Assembly (NCBI RefSeq): GCF_963506605.1
Contig: NC_083282.1
Span: forward strand, 73,966,001-74,030,000
Direction: 5' to 3'
Source: Zootoca vivipara
Taxonomy: Eukaryota
DNA: 64,000 nucleotides
The position numbers were made by a program, and so were the translations under genes. Shown here piece by piece: positions 1 to 12,877 of this stretch. Position 1 is the first letter of the stretch. Every line of letters starts with the position of its first letter. Below the pieces are notes generated by a model. The model ran no database searches. It worked only from the letters and a program-made list of their open reading frames with translations, and had not been told where the DNA came from.

Positions 1-1101
1 GCATTTAATTTTGTAGTAAACATATTATTCCGTCGTGCTGCACAACATCTATGCCCCATGCTGGGAAATAAGAAAGGACAAGTTCTTCCTTCTCCTTTCT
101 TGCTTCCAGCTCTTTCTGTTAGATGTTAATAGGATACAGTAAGTTGGGTCAGTTTAAATGCCTGGGCTTAGATAGCAGGGGGTACCATTTTGGGGACAAT
201 CCATGTTTTGATGCCCCACCGTCTGATGTTCCAAGTTGCATCCTGTGCTGATCCTAGGTTTATATTGATTTCCTCTTCTGCCCTTCAAATAAGCTTCCAG
301 CTCGTTTCCCCAGTACGTGCAGGGAATCACTGGATGTCATACAGCCACTGTAAATGTAAACTTGCAGTCACTTCCTCCTTTTCCTTCTTGCTTCCAGTGC
401 TGCCCCAGAATGACTTCCGGGTCCAGCCACCAGACAGGATTCTTCATATAGCAGTCCTCACTGGACTGAGAGCCCAACTATGTGTTTCAGGGAATTACGT
501 GGCTACCCACACTCCACATTTCCTCCTCCATTCTTTCTTTTCAGACATAAACTCGGCTTTGGCTGCTGCTTGTGGGAGCGAGGAGAATGCTGTGCCTAAT
601 GTGGTTGCGTGCCTTATTTAACTAAATAATACCAGGGAGGCTAAGGGAGCGGGGGAGGGGAGGTGGCAGCCACATGTCCCTTGTAACGTGTAATTAGGCC
701 TTGACCCACTTATTCAACATCATCAAACAAGGCAGGAGGAAACAACGTAAGGCACACGTGCCAAATGGGTCAAGCCTTGTGCTTTGATCAGCATGTTAAG
801 CATGTGGAATAAGCTTGAGATTGAGTTTCTACCGAAAGATAGAGATAAGAGGGCAAATGCCTGGGAAGCCATGGAGGTCCAATTGGTCAACAGCAAAGCC
901 TGTTTGGGGTTGTAACAGGAAGCCACAAGTCCCAACTTCCAAGGTTGGCACAGTGGCTGCACCAGAATTCTTAGCTAAGATCCCACTGTGATTTCAAATG
1001 TAAAATGTTTGCTTGATTTCCCCATGCAACTCCTATGGCATTTTTGCTGTGGACTGCAACATCCTTCTGCAGCATGGAAGGAGGAGAGGGAGCATCTATG
1101 G

Positions 1102-1221
1102 CAGGCATCCCCAAACTTCGGCCCTCCAGATGTTTCGGACTACAATTCCCATCATCCCTGACCACTGGTCCTCTTAGCTAGGGATCATGGGAGTTGTAGG
1201 CCAAAACATCTGGGATGCCTG
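1102..1221. mobile_element. Palindromic non-autonomous hAT element (MITE)
   Basis: Termini CAGGCATCCC...GGGATGCCTG, internal inverted arms, exact 8-bp TSD ATCTATGG (1094-1101 and 1222-1229). Confidence 0.85.
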
Positions 1222-2610
1222 ATCTATGGGATGGCTTCCAGAGTGATTCTCACATGTGTGTGTGCACCTACATCTTGCTGCGATGGGTCATTTATGCAGC
1301 TGGGATATTGTGAAGTGTAACTTTTCAGCAGTCCAGATTCAGCTCATAGGATACTTGGCAAACATGGCAATAAGATATTTTTACCCGGGGTGGGGGGATA
1401 TTTCCTGGGAGCATTTGGCAGTCTAATGAAAGAAGAGAGTGAATTGTTGCATTCTGTCCTAGGTGGTGAGAGATAGTATTGTCCTACATCGTAGGATCAT
1501 TGTGGAGGGAAACGGGATAAAGACAATAGAGCACTTAGCACATTAAAAGCACATTGTAAACAATTAATGATATTATTGCCATATGACTGGGCAGATGGAA
1601 GTGGCCTCTTCATAGCAGATGTTGGGCCCTCCCCCTGCTTCCTTCCAGCAAACACATTTTCCACTCATTGCTCTGCTATCTAAATATTGCTTCTGCCCTG
1701 TAGGCTGTCTGGGCATCTCTGGCCTTCTGGAGTCCTCCCACTCCTGCCTTGAAAGTTGCCCAGAACAATGGGAGACCTTTAGAAAAGGTTGTGATTAGCT
1801 AATTTTATTCTTTTTCTTTTAAAGGTATGTTTATTTAAACTGCTGCCCTTTCCTGTAGCAGGCAATGGGGTGGCTTGGTGCAAGATGCTGAGGACGAACA
1901 GTATGTGGGAGATGGTTAATCATCATAAACTACTTGTGAACCTTTCTGTGGAACCTGTTAAGAGACATAGGCCTGGACCTTTTGGGTTGTAATACAGCAG
2001 TTTTCATATGGAGAGGCATACTAGTGTGTAAAAAGAAAAGGCCAACCAAAAACTACAAGTCATTTTGACACCTGTAGTTGTTCCCTCAATTAAAGAGATG
2101 ACTGGAATCTTCTAGAGGGAGAAGAATTGAGTTCCTGCACTCTTCAAATCATAACTTGAAATGTTTGTGGCTTGGCAAATGGAATGTTGCAAGTTCACTA
2201 TTTCACATTCAGTGGAAAAACCTGTCTTGAGGACTAGAAGCTGTTCGTTGGCCATGCTGCTTTTACAGAAACAGTAGAAAGGGTGGCCGTTAGAAATGTT
2301 CTACATTCATTCCCATATCCATTTGTGCACCAAGAAACCTCTGTGTATTCAGAGAAACTTGAGGTGGTTAGTTCATGCAGGGCACTGGCTAGTTTTCCAC
2401 CTCAATATATGTTCTTATTGGGGAACCACTGATAAGCTTTTTAGGGACGCCAGAGTTCCTAGGAATACATGTTGAAAACCACAATATTATGGCTATTAGC
2501 ACTTGTGAATGCATCTTTCCCATTTTGAAAAGCATCTCAAAACTGCATTTCTTTTAATCTAAGCCCTGTCTCTTTCTCTCTTGTATCCTGCTCCTCATGC
2601 TTTCATTTAG

Positions 2611-2628
2611 GAGAAAGGTGGATGTCAG
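2611..2628 (+). CDS. SRC: SRC neuronal N1 micro-exon (18 nt; SH3 insert RKVDVR)
   Basis: ttcatttag|GAGAAAGGTGGATGTCAG|gtgtgt. 18 nt and frame-preserving; encodes RKVDVR as in N1-Src. Preceded by a CU-rich tract (2568-2582) and TGC motifs just before the AG. Confidence 0.93.
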
Positions 2629-3499
2629 GTGTGTATCTTCTATTTGATTGGCATAAACAATAAAAGCTAACCTGATCTTTGATGTCTAAACTATGGGGGA
2701 AAGGATTGGGAGGGAGAGCAATGTTATGCATTAAGTTTAAAGTCCTTATGGTTCTTCTCATTTGCAGACTCAGGAGTTTTAACATTGGTTTTGAGCATTT
2801 TTACTTTTGTAACCAAGCAGATGATATATTCTAGAAGTGTTGTTTCAACTGAATTTTAGATTTTGGAGTGTTATGTATGCATTTTTCTTGTTTCCAACTG
2901 GAATGTGGGGAGCGGAGTTGTCTGAGTTAGATAAATTCTTAGTCATGGTGATCAACCTTCTAACGGGAGAAAAATCAGAGTTCTGGGCAACATAAGCAGG
3001 CATCATTAAGTACCTGTGTATGAGTTGTCCAGTAGCTCAGGGGATTCTAGACTGCGGTCTGTGCACCAACAACGGTCCATGAGCTTCATTCAGAGGGTCT
3101 GTTACATGTCCACATTACTTTTTGATTTTGATTTTTGATTGCATTTTGACTGCCTCTTTTATTATATTGCATTTTACATTGGAATGCAAATTCAATAAGT
3201 ACGATAAAATACAATATAAGAAATAAAAGAAGCAGTAAAAAGGCAATTAAAAATCATACAGCATGTTGCACAGCAGGTGACAATTGCTACAACAGGCAAG
3301 CAAAATAGTTAAGTGGTTCAACAAGACCATCAGCAATTTTCAATTCATAGGGGAAATTGGGACCCCCTAGTACCATATGCCTTACTTGAGTAAAGTTTGC
3401 ATATGGTTTAATAAGAACTGAGTATATAAAGCTGGCTCTGCCTCTTCTGAAGAACATTAAAATCATGTAGGGATATCCCAGACTTCTTATTGTTCTGCT

Positions 3500-3899
3500 C
3501 AGGGCTGTCTTAAGCATATGTAGCACCGGGGTGCAAAAATCCGGCCGGCACCCCTCCCCCTGGTTGCCCAGAGTTGGGCTAGCCATTGGGCTAGCCATTG
3601 AGGCATGCAGGCAGGGCAAAGCAGGGCACAGAGGAGTGTGAGGCAGCAACGCTAGGCTGGGCAGCTCGTCAGGTGGGTAGTGCGCTCTGGGCGGGCCTCC
3701 CCATGTCCCTACGCCAATCCTAGGTGCGCCTCACTGGCTTGCCTGCCCCTGAACACATGACGGAGAGCTGCCCACAGCAGAAGAGCCTGCCGCGGCACTC
3801 CAGTGGGCGGGCTCTTTCCCGGACTCCAACTCTCAGAACCCTGAGAGCCCAGTGCCCGGGTGCCCTGCACTCCTAATGCCTATGGTTAAGACGGCCCTG
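3500..3899. mobile_element. Non-autonomous hAT-like DNA transposon, GC-rich interior
   Basis: TIRs CAGGGCTGTCTTAAGCATA / TATGGTTAAGACGGCCCTG; exact 8-bp TSD GTTCTGCT (3492-3499, 3900-3907). Confidence 0.85.
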
Positions 3900-4671
3900 G
3901 TTCTGCTTGTAACCATATGGGTAGACATTCTTCCTGTGAGGGACAAATGCAACTTGGGAAGGAGACAAGGAGATTTCACTCCAGTTGAATACACAATAAA
4001 CCATGGAAGAATGGGAACAGGAGTGGGATGCCTGTGGCCCCCTAGATGTTGTTCAAATAACTCTGATTCAGATGACTTTGAAAAGAATAATGGTGCACTA
4101 TGGACTATTGATTGAATTGTGGTATTACAGGGAAGGAACTGCTTGTGTTGCCAACTGAGCTGGCTGTATCCAGCTAGCAAAGATTATGAGTGTGAAAGCA
4201 CCATTCATTTAAGCTTATTATTCCAGCTCTTATATGATTTCATTTATCTCATCCCCCATTCATTGCTTACTTGCCTAGGGCTATAATCCTACGCATACCT
4301 AGTCTGTTTAAATCAACTGTAATGGGATATAGGCAGATAAGTCTGCAAGTTTCTCTCTCTCTCATGGGGAAATGAAGGTGACAAAGGGTGTATTCCTCTT
4401 TCTGTTCTGCACACCTGCTGTTGAGATTCTTTTCACTGACCAAACTTCATGTTACTAGCCTCTGAATGCAACAGGCATTCTTGAAGTTCATGATAGGAGT
4501 TGAGAAAATGCTGCAGGGGAAGGATTTTATATTTGGTCTAAACACATTTACCCATACAGGGGTAGCCAGCAAGCATTATATACCTGTTAAGACCTAGAAA
4601 TTAAGACCTAGAAATTAAACATCTGTTTTTCCTGAGAACTTGCTGTTTGGCCTGGCAAGTATATACAGTAT

Positions 4672-4673
<2 letters not shown>

Positions 4674-4761
<88 letters not shown>
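4674..4761. repeat. Compound microsatellite (CT)n(GT)n
   Basis: Seen directly. Confidence 0.95.
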
Positions 4762-4762
<1 letters not shown>

Positions 4763-7031
4763 TATATTTAATCCTAGTCAAGGTCAGGCCAGTAAACATT
4801 CGGAGCTAAAGTTTCTCTTGCAATATTAATATTTTAATAATCTGTGGCTTTTAAAACAATTCTGTGATGGTGCAAAGGAAATGGAGCTCTGCATGTTTTT
4901 TCTTCTTCTTTAGAGCCCTGACTTGAGGACTTTAATTTGGACTAGGTCAGAGTGCTAGAACCTGTTTTCTTTGTTGAGGGCTTAGGCCTTGAACATATGA
5001 AGTAGCAAAAAATAGTTTGAGTGTGCATGCAGAGTGTTAGAAAATGTTCTTCTTGGTACCACCGAGCAACCACCACTAGCCTCCACATTTCAGGGATACA
5101 TCAGACAGTATAGAGTCAGGTGCTTGCACATGGTGATATAATGAATCCCCGTAGCTTATGAATGGAAATATTCCAATAGAGGTTCTCTCTCTCCATGTTA
5201 TGGTGGCTTTTGACCACTCCTACTGTTTCAGCACAGTGGTCAGAAGTGGTTCAACTTGTACATGTGGGGCATCAGTCGTTTCATTCAGATTGGCAAAACC
5301 AGATGGCAGCTTTTAAAGCACCATTTAGATTGTCAGAGTAAGAGAGGCGGATCTGTCCACCAAGACCTGCCAAAAGGAGTTGCACAAAAGCACATTATTG
5401 CTGTTGCCTAGCTCTCCCTATCACAAAAACGAGTCTTCCACTGGATAGTGTCTGGGTGGACTGTGTTAAAAAGAGAGTGCCACTTGGTATAGCCAAATTA
5501 TCATGATGCCTTGGCCAGCTCTGCCAAACTGGCAACTGTTTGCCTACCCCTTGCCGTAGAACTATCCTTGAACAGGTTTGCTTCCTTGAACTTCCCAGTA
5601 TAAAAAACGTAAGTATTGCTGATATCCAAACTTAAATTTCGCAGGTAAGTATTTCTAACCTAAATATTTTCCTTATTTTTTAAACCGCAGAAACAAAAAT
5701 AGACATTTTTGAATACTGAAAGCTCTGGTCTTTGGCTGTTTGGCACACTTTCCAGGTACAAAGGAAGTGTGCATTCTTTTGCTTCAAAGGAACTAAATGC
5801 AATATTGTGAGCGCTGGCAGCTTCACAGCTGCCTCTGGTATAAATAACGCTGAGAACAGAATGGCCCTCATAGGAAGATGAGGTGGTTTTTTTAAAGGCT
5901 TTGTGCTGAAGCATGTAGAGGAGAAATGAGTCTCAAGCTATGTATTTCACAATATCCAATATCGCTTCACTGTTGGAGTTTAGGATAAGAGTGTGGTTCT
6001 CACAGAGATACTGTAGCAGTAATGAACTGCAATCTTTTGAATAGCTAAGGTGCCTGGCCTTCTGCCTAGCAACATGTTGCGAGGGGAGGAAGTTTCTGAG
6101 AGATACACGCTGCATTTGGCAGGTTGTGCTGACCCAGCCATATAATTCCATAGCTGTGGCTGTAGTTGCACCCCCCCCCCCCAGTCAGAGGTATGCAGAG
6201 GAGAGGAAGCCATTTTTGACTGCCTTTAGTAGAAGTGGATACCTTTACTTGAAAAATAGATGAACATGGATAATTGCTTAGTACCGTACAAGATAGGTTC
6301 AGAAGTTCTGATCGTTCGACTTGTCGCTTATGTCTTTCAAAAGAAAGCAGCATCATGCAGTGCCTTGACCTAGCAGCTTGGCTCTGGAAAAAAAGTTTTA
6401 TCTTCATAAACATTCTGTCTTAAAATTCATTGAGGTTTCCCAAGCAATGGATTTGCAGTGTGCGGATTAAACTGACCCAGACAGAAGTTGACTCTGGGTT
6501 TCCCCATTCATTCCAATGGAGAGGTCTATCTGTAGGCCTCTCATAGGAGCTGGCATGTCCTTCCACTGAAGTGGATAGGGAAGCACATATACCCTGGGGA
6601 ACTTCTGAACCTCTCTAAGCAGTCACCAGATTGGGAGTGGTTATTAGTATTCTGACACCCAAAGATGAGAAGATAGCATGATCTCCCTACTTACAATGGA
6701 TTTTCCTGGCATGTGCTTACCCAAGCTGTACTTTCCTGTGACATTAATCAGGATGGGGAACTTGGGGCTTTCCTTCTACTTGGATTTTTTTTCCTTTTGC
6801 AGCTTCCTCTTCCTCATTTGTACCTCTTTATCTTCCTTCTGTTTTACACAGTTTAAGAAACAGAGCCTGGGTGAGGAGTACCTGTTATTTTAGAAGTGGT
6901 AGCTCGCGCATCACTGCATAGCAGCGTTTAGAATGCTTTCTGGCTATGCACTATGTGAAAATAGTGCCATATTAACAGCTAGCCAGGCATACATCTGGTG
7001 ATTTTAGCCAGCTCTTCCTGCAGATCTAGTA

Positions 7032-7591
7032 CAGTGGTACCTCGGTTTAAGTACACAATTGGTTCCGGAAGTCTGTACTTAACCTGAAGCGTACTTAACC
7101 TGAAGCGAACTTTCCCATTGAAAGTGACCTTGGGCTAGTCACACTTCTCTGAAGTCTCTCAGCCCCACCCACCTCACAGAGTGTCTGTTGTGGGGGAGGA
7201 GGGGAAAGGAGATTGTTAGCCGCTTTGAGACTCCTTCGGGTAGTGATAAAGCAGAATATCAAATCCAAACTCCTCCTCCTCCTCTTCTTCTTCTTCTTCT
7301 TCTTCTTCTTCTTCTTCTTCTTCTTCTTCTTCTTCTTCTTCTTCTTCTAATGGAATGTGGATTAATCCGTTCCAGATGGGTCCGCGGAGTACTCAACCTG
7401 AAGTGTACTTAACCCGAAGTATAAGTGTAATTGGTTTTGGAAGTCCGTACTTAACCTGAAGTGTACTTAACCTGAAGCGAACTTTCCTATTGAAAGTAAT
7501 GGAAAGTGGATTAATCCGTTCCAGACGGGTCCGCGGAGTACTTAAACTGAAAGTACTCAAACCGAAGCGTACTTAAATCAAGGTATGACTG
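7032..7591. mobile_element. Tc1/mariner (Tigger/pogo-like) MITE with internal repeats, interrupted by a SINE
   Basis: TA|CAGTGGTACCTCGGTTTAAGTAC ... GTACTTAAATCAAGGTATGACTG|TA; repeated GTACTTAACCTGAAG units; the element resumes (TAATGGAA) after the insert. Confidence 0.8.
7125..7347 (+). mobile_element. 5'-truncated Squam3/MIR-like SINE with (TTC)n tail, nested in the MITE
   Basis: Core GTGACCTTGGGCTAGTCACA...CACCTCACAG, 3' part GCCGCTTTGAGACTCC, (CCT)n(CTT)n tail 7270-7347. Family name from memory. Confidence 0.7.
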
Positions 7592-8261
7592 TATAAGAAA
7601 TTGTCCCTCTGCCAAGGCCAGCCAGATATTCGTTCCACACACCTGATATACAGCTATGCATCTAGGAGTGTTTGTATTCACGGGTAGCCCCAAACATCCC
7701 CAGAACTCACTGTGTTTGGACTTCATTAGCCTGCATGGCTCTATAAACCTAGTTGTGGGGGTTATGGTAAGGCTGCCATATGTCTCAAATTTCCCAGACA
7801 TAGCCAGGATTTGGCTGTTGAAAATGGCATCCAAGCGAAATTTCCGAAAAGCAGCTAAAATGTCTGGGAAAACCCGGATTTTCACTTTTTGAAATACGGC
7901 AACCCTAGATTATGGCCATGCATCCAATGTTTTAACTAGGACACTTCAGGGATAGAATGGGTCTAAATACACATTCTTTACACCACCCTATTTGCTATTA
8001 CGGTTCTGTCGGGGGGGAGGTGGTGGTGAGGGGAGTACCTGCTTAAGAGTTGCACTGCTTGCAGAAGCCACCTTCCCTCCAAGAAGTGCAGGGCAGTCTC
8101 ATAAACCATCAAGTCAACCCCCTCCTTTATGCAGGGGTAGACAGAGCAGCCATAGCCAACTTTGTGCCCTTCGCCCGTGAGTCCTGGCTGGGGCTGATGG
8201 GAGTTGTAGCCAAAAACATCTGGAGTACGCCAGCTTGGCAAAGGCTACCTTAGAGCACCTT

Positions 8262-8480
8262 CAGCAGACAGTTGACAGGCTCTGCTTGAAGACCTCCAGC
8301 GTGGGAGAGCCCACCGACCCCTTGGGTAATTAGTACCCTTGCCAAACTGCTCTTCCTTTCCCTCTACTGTTCAGTCAAATTCTACCCCTCTCTAACTTAA
8401 GCCCCCTGGATCTGCTCCTGCCCTCTGAAGCAACAGAGAACAAGCCTCTGCTCTCTTCTTTGTGATAGCCCTTCATGTAC
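8262..8480 (-). mobile_element. CR1 LINE fragment (degenerate)
   Basis: Resembles the reverse complement of the CR1 ORF2 3' region (AAGACCTCCAG..GGAGAGCCCACC; GAAGCAACAGAGAACAAG). Confidence 0.5.
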
Positions 8481-11400
8481 AGCACATGTTACTAGCCTCC
8501 GGAAACAATAAATAGACAGGGCCTGGCAAACTTCAGTTGGCAGAGCATTCTTTAGGGAAGGTACCATTGCAGGGAAAGCTCTGCCCCTGGGAGTGTTGAG
8601 TAATCCAAGGTGGAATCTCCAGTGATGAGGAGAGAGTTTTCGCACTGAAAGGGTTTGCCTTGTAGCCTTGTGAACCCCCCACTCCTTCCACACTTATTTG
8701 CATCCCACTCTTCCTCCAAGCAGCTGAGGGCAATGTGGCATATCTTCCTATTTTTATCTTACCCCTTTTATCCTCTCAACAACTCTGTATGCTTAGGCCA
8801 CTTCAAACCATTTATTTAAGTGGTGTACAGTAAAATCGATCCCAAGCAAAGATTCCCCAGCTGTGAAGGCAGGGGTTGAGGCAGCCTCTCCAATAGGTAG
8901 GTTAAGCTGAGAGGAAGCAAGAGTGAGACCAGCTTGTTGAGAGTCACCTGATTTTCATAGGGGCTGAACAGAGCTTTTGAACTCAAGTCTTGCCAGGCTC
9001 CAAACCAGGAAGATTTATCCATCACAATTTGTGTCTCTGCTTAGTTATTCACTTGTCTGGAAGGTTGTACTGAAAAGTTTATAATCTTCAGAAGATCTCT
9101 CTCAAGACTGCTTTGGAAGAAATTGCAGGGGTTAAGAACGAAAAGCTCAGTTTTCCCTTGTGGTTGCAGCAAATTAAACAGGGACACCAAAATATCACAG
9201 AAGGAGAGAAGGGAGCATCACTCATTTCTAATATTCAGGCTGCCTCTTGCAGCCTCTTCCTCGAGTGAATAACATTCCCACTGTTCTCTGGCATTCTTCC
9301 CACTTCTGCCCCAATTACAATAATTCTATTGGGTAACAGACGTGTGTGAGAGAGCGGGGGGGGGGGATATCTTGGAGCCCTTTTTAATGGGCTGGCATAC
9401 CGTTTTATTTTGCCTGTCATTCCAAACCAAGTATTCCTTCCCATAGGAATGGATCCAGTTTCAGTGTGCTGGCACTATAAGGCCGAAAACAGTAACTGAA
9501 GCATTTTCGCAATTAATAAATCAGTTTGTTAACAGCAAATAAAATTCCAACAAGTTACATAAACAATATCAACATAAGGTCGTTCCCCCCATTTACATAA
9601 TGGTCTGCATTCTGTGCAATGGCTGGGTAATCTTTCCCTACGGTGGCAAATCTATTGTGGGAAAATATATAATCACTAGGAGTTTACCCCTCCAACCCTT
9701 CAGGTAGCAGAGAGATGGGGAACCTTCAGGCCCAAATGCAATCCCCAGGCTTATCTGTCTGAGCCTCCCCAGGACACAAACCCTCACCAGCCGCACCTGC
9801 TTTGCCCAGGCCATCTTTCACCATACTTACTTGGCATGATCATTGAATGTTTCTGCCTGGCTAGAATGTGTCCTTGGTCTCTGATAATCATTATTTTTAA
9901 AGGAAAAAAAATATTGTCACTTTCCACATTTGGTATAAATCTGCACCAGGGACTAGCTTCTGCTCAGTTCATGTTGGGACTGCAGGTGTAAGGTGTGCTA
10001 ATGGAATATGCCTGAGGTTTAGAAGACCCCTCTGTCTAAAAGCATGCTATCACCCATGCTCCCAACATAGGTGGGAAAGCTTATCATATGCAGGATTTAC
10101 AAACCCAAACAAACATTTGGGCATTGGTGTAACCATGAATCCATCGTTTTATATAACCTCTCCATGGTGAGCATCTTCCTGATACACAGATTGCATACTT
10201 CTACCCATAGTACTGTGAATCTCCCATCAAACAACCTGCAGAACTGAGAGAGAGACATTCAGTTGGTGTGCGCCCACTGTGTAGGCAGCATTTTAAATAG
10301 CTCCCCTTCTTGGTTACTTCTGTGTACACCACTCTGTGGTACATGATTCTGCAGGGACTCATTTAAAACAGCCTCCACCGGCAGCTGTTTTGTGTGCGTT
10401 GGTCCTTGCAGTTCTCTGCAGCATGCACATCTGGCTTTACCAACTCATTTGCACATGTGGGTGTTTGCATGAAAAAGATGCCTTTTAGTGCCAGAGGCAG
10501 AAAAACCAAATGATAGCCCCATATATAAAACACAGTGTTTTATAGCATAATAAACACTAAACTATTTGCTACACTTTAATCAGTCACCTGCTGCCTTATT
10601 GTTTAAGGTTGGCGCCATCATTGTGAACCAATTTTGTTTTCTATGATGGGGCAATTTTATGTTTTTTTGCAGAGGAGAGGAACTATTTCACACATCCTCC
10701 CCCTATGATAATGAAGTGGTGATGTCACCTGTGTATGTTGCAATGAGTATTGTAGTCCCATTTCCTTATGGTAGCTGTGTTGGCCAGGCTGGTACCATGA
10801 TTTCACCAGTCTGATTTTCAATTGCATTAATCCAATGGCGGTATATAGGTGGGGGGAATAGGTTCCTTTATAATTTCCAGTCTGCCTGAGTTTCTGGTTG
10901 ATCGTCCCTGCAGACACGGACACTGGAAGCTAGAAATTTGTTCCTATTCAACTAAGCAAACATGAGCACTGTGTCAAGGATCCTGACCAGTACAATTCCA
11001 CTTGCCCCTGAGTATGGCTGATGCCTGGCAAACTCATGGCAGTTGCATTTCATGTTGCAGATACAACAAACCTGGAGTGAACTGCAGATGGCTATTAAAG
11101 TATGATAAAAAAAATAGCTAGCATAAAAATTGTCTTTGCCACCACTTGGCTCCCCCAAACTCGTTTTTCTGGAGTTGTCCACTAGACCTTGAGAAAGCTG
11201 CTGCCAGTTGCTGGCTGCTGGATAGGTCAGGGGTCCGACTAAGGGTCATATGATGTGTCCAAGTTTCAGATGTTGCTCACTTTGTGGAGCTTCCTTCATG
11301 CTTCTTAAAAAGCCTGTGAGAAATAGCACTTGATTGTCTATCGATGGTGATGCATAATGTGGCTTGTTTTCAAGGTTATATATAATCCTTCCTATACCTT

Positions 11401-12562
11401 CCCAGGATGTGGGGAAGATTTTGCCTTTTGTTTAGAAAGTTAACTCTGTGACAAGGGAGTCAGTAAAATCCAGAAACCTATGGAGGAAGAAACATTAGGT
11501 TGGCACTTGACCGGAGAGTACAGTTTTATCGTTCCCAGGCATTTTGGAGAGTTAGGCTAACTATTTTCCACCCGCTGCCTCCTTGCCAGTGGCAGTCTCT
11601 GTGTGATTCTGCAAGATAAAGACATTCCAAGCCACCTGGACATTCCTTGAGTGCTTTGGGGCTTAGCACAGAAAAGAAAAATGCAGACCTGGGGATTGGG
11701 ATTGGGGGGGGGGAGTCCTGCCTGCATTCTTCACCCTCTGACCTGCTTTGCCCCGGGATATATTGCATTTACAGTGCTATGTCCTGTGTGGGATGCTGAT
11801 AGAGACTGCTTGGAAACACAGATTTCTTACCTGACACTACTGGGATCAGAACATATTTGGTGTATTAAATTCCTGTGTGGGTATTGCACTTTTGCCTTCC
11901 TGAATCCACAACAAACTATTCAGAATTCAACACTTCTGCAGTTTGGCATTACTTAGTTTCTTCTAGGAGAGACAGCAGCTTTACATAATTTGGTAGAGTG
12001 ATGGAGCATGGCTTTGAACATCCTCTCCATCAAGTCTTGCTAGCTACAATTTTTGTAAGAGCCTGAGCTTGCTGCTTCTGAAGTCACTGGGTTGTATCCA
12101 TTCCTAGTCATACTCAGAACAGATATGACCTACTTAGATCCATTGATTTCTATACTTACTTACTGAAAGTAGAATGTACAGTAGTTGGATAGAACCCAGC
12201 ATGGTATGAACATGTGTGCCCAGCGAATTCTAGGCTGCAAGTAGAATTGCAAAGTAAGATACATTTCCTTACAACTTGTCTTACTCGGTTCTGGTCTCTT
12301 CTACGTTCTTCTCCAATAAACAGTTGGTTAATAGACATAATGGCCCCAATCTTATAACCATGGTTAAAAAAAATTGGAACAGGCTGTAGAATTGTGCATT
12401 GATTCTACCCTTTCTTGTCCACACATACCTTAATGTTGTTAATGTTGGTATTTTAAGTAGGAGGGGTGCAATTTGCCTGTGGTGAGGAGAGCGCAGGAGA
12501 TCACAACTGGCTTTTGATCTCCAAACTGTTAAGAGAGTGGCCCATTATGCCTGTGCTAAACC

Positions 12563-12720
12563 CATGGGCATAGCCAGGATTTATGTTGGGTGGGTGGGGG
12601 AAAGCAGAATCAATGTGTGTGGGGGGGGGGGGGCGCAGAACCAAACTATCTGCAACACAATTGGCAGCTGCCTACCCCCCCCCCCCGGCCGCCGCCGCCC
12701 TCGCCTTGGCTATATCCATG
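12563..12720. mobile_element. Short hAT-like non-autonomous element
   Basis: CATGGGCATAGCCA ... TGGCTATATCCATG termini; TSD GCTAAACC/ACTAAACC (7/8). Confidence 0.7.
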
Positions 12721-12877
12721 ACTAAACCTATCGAGATTGACTAAAGCTAAGTTTGTTAAATGTGTGTTTCACATTTCTTTCCCTTTACATTTCTGCTTGA
12801 TGGAGGAGTTCTGTGCAACTCAGAAGATTGCATAATCCTCAAACTACATTGCCTTACCTATTCTGCACAGCTTAGCT

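Noticed and set aside
360-770. Cluster of ETS-like (ACTTCC) and E-box (CACGTG) motifs as an intronic enhancer
   Set aside because: Short motifs only; cannot be distinguished from chance without conservation or chromatin data.
1-2610. Upstream SRC exons (unique domain and first SH3 exon, ALYDY motif); ORF 190-621
   Set aside because: No matching coding sequence found, so these exons must lie before the window. The 143-aa ORF starts at TTG and resembles nothing I recognise.
7188-7412. Poly-Leu ORF (also the HT/RE-repeat ORFs at 4608 and 23173)
   Set aside because: Translations of microsatellites or a SINE tail.
7075-7480. Repeated GTACTTAACCTGAAG units resembling a CRISPR array
   Set aside because: Eukaryotic context, no unique spacers; these are internal repeats of a Tigger-like MITE.
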